A DNA stretch of 64,000 nt from a virus (lineage: Duplodnaviria; Caudoviricetes). The notes below the pieces were generated by a model. That model was not told the DNA's origin and made no database searches. It saw only the letters and a list, made by a program, of their open reading frames with translations. The DNA lies in IMG/VR virus record IMGVR_UViG_3300032301_001148, positions 1-64,000 of that record; one strand, given 5' to 3'. The translations under genes were made by a program, and so were the position numbers. Position 1 is the first letter of the stretch, and each line of letters opens with the position of its first letter. This document shows positions 63,507 through 64,000 of the stretch, in pieces.

Positions 63507-64000
63507 CATTGTAAATATTGAAAAGGCTATTGCAATGGTAAAAACTTTTGGTTTTGAAATAAAACCATTAGATATAAATACGTCCGGTGTTCGCTGGGGT
63601 ATATCAGATGATGGTAAAACATTAATCCAACCTCTATCTTCTATTAAAGGTCTTGGCGATACTGCTATGGCGGAAATCATGAAGCACCGTCCATTTAGGG
63701 ACGTAGAACATTTACTGTTCAGTGAAGATATTGTTTACAGCAAGCTAAACAAGAAAGCTTTGGACGCATTAACACGCAGCGGAGCTATGAATAATCTAAT
63801 GGATAAAAGATTTACTGGATTAAAGCACTTCTGGTCTGCTGTTGTAGTAGACCGTCCAAAGAATGTTAAGAAGCTACATGAAAACATTGACAAGTATAAG
63901 CCAGAAGGAGATTTCACAACTGAAGAAACAATTGAAAATCTAACTTCACTTTCTGGTGTATATCCAATCAACCTTGTCGTTGATGCGAAAACACTAAAGA
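63499..64000 (+). CDS. dnaE: DNA polymerase III alpha subunit, C-terminal fragment (HhH region), running off the window edge
   Basis: The ATG at 63499 overlaps the endonuclease stop (ATGAGTGA). Translation MSDIVNIEKAIAMVKTFGFEIKPLDINTSG...LSSIKGLGDTA...RPFRDVEHLL...KLNKKALDALTRSGAM matches the DnaE PDIN.S / IKG.G / L...GA motifs. Confidence 0.9.
   Translation, partial: MSDIVNIEKAIAMVKTFGFEIKPLDINTSGVRWGISDDGKTLIQPLSSIKGLGDTAMAEIMKHRPFRDVEHLLFSEDIVYSKLNKKALDALTRSGAMNNLMDKRFTGLKHFWSAVVVDRPKNVKKLHENIDKYKPEGDFTTEETIENLTSLSGVYPINLVVDAKTLK

Noticed and set aside
62600-63600. Split intein in DnaE
   Set aside because: There is no ~100-aa IntN after the extein and no IntC ending in HN/N followed by C/S/T. 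The DIN-T-S in the C fragment is the native DnaE motif.
1-64000. Stop-codon reassignment as an explanation for the broken genes
   Set aside because: Long genes are intact in the standard code. The dnaE and deaminase breaks end in TAA and need frame changes, and the chaperone TAG is followed at once by TGA.
1-64000. tRNA genes, CRISPR arrays, rRNA, integrase or transposase
   Set aside because: Intergenic gaps are short and explained by terminators and promoter motifs. I saw no cloverleaf, repeat-spacer array or recombinase/transposase motif by eye.

Overview
The window is an AT-rich 64-kb piece of a large contractile-tailed dsDNA phage (Caudoviricetes) with T4-like head and tail modules. Every credible gene is on the + strand; the minus-strand ORFs are shadows. 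Gene order: fibre-like virion proteins, RuvC-like resolvase, primase, a fused SbcD-SbcC (Mre11-Rad50) protein, a possible lysis trio, terminase, portal, prohead protease, a divergent bS21-like protein, scaffold, major capsid protein, neck, sheath, two tube paralogues, tail chaperone, tape measure and baseplate. The replication/metabolism module follows: a PolA-family core, a degenerate tubulin-like protein, gp32-like SSB, RecA/UvsX, UvsE, deaminase, 5'-3' exonuclease, DnaB-like helicase, thioredoxin, class II RNR, GroES-like, ThyX, PMM-like HAD, NTP-transferase-like, a vWA lipoprotein and DnaE. The most notable observations are four. (1) dnaE is split into two ORFs by a free-standing GIY-YIG homing endonuclease, with no room for an intron and no intein motifs. 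(2) The deaminase gene is interrupted by a +1 frame change at GGAGG-TAT-CTT-C, the same layout as the prfB frameshift cassette. (3) A start-less ORF after the tail chaperone can be reached by a +1/-2 shift at a T7 run. (4) A 23-aa RRCC peptide and a hairpin sit in front of the prohead protease gene. All calls come from reading motifs by eye; no database search was run.
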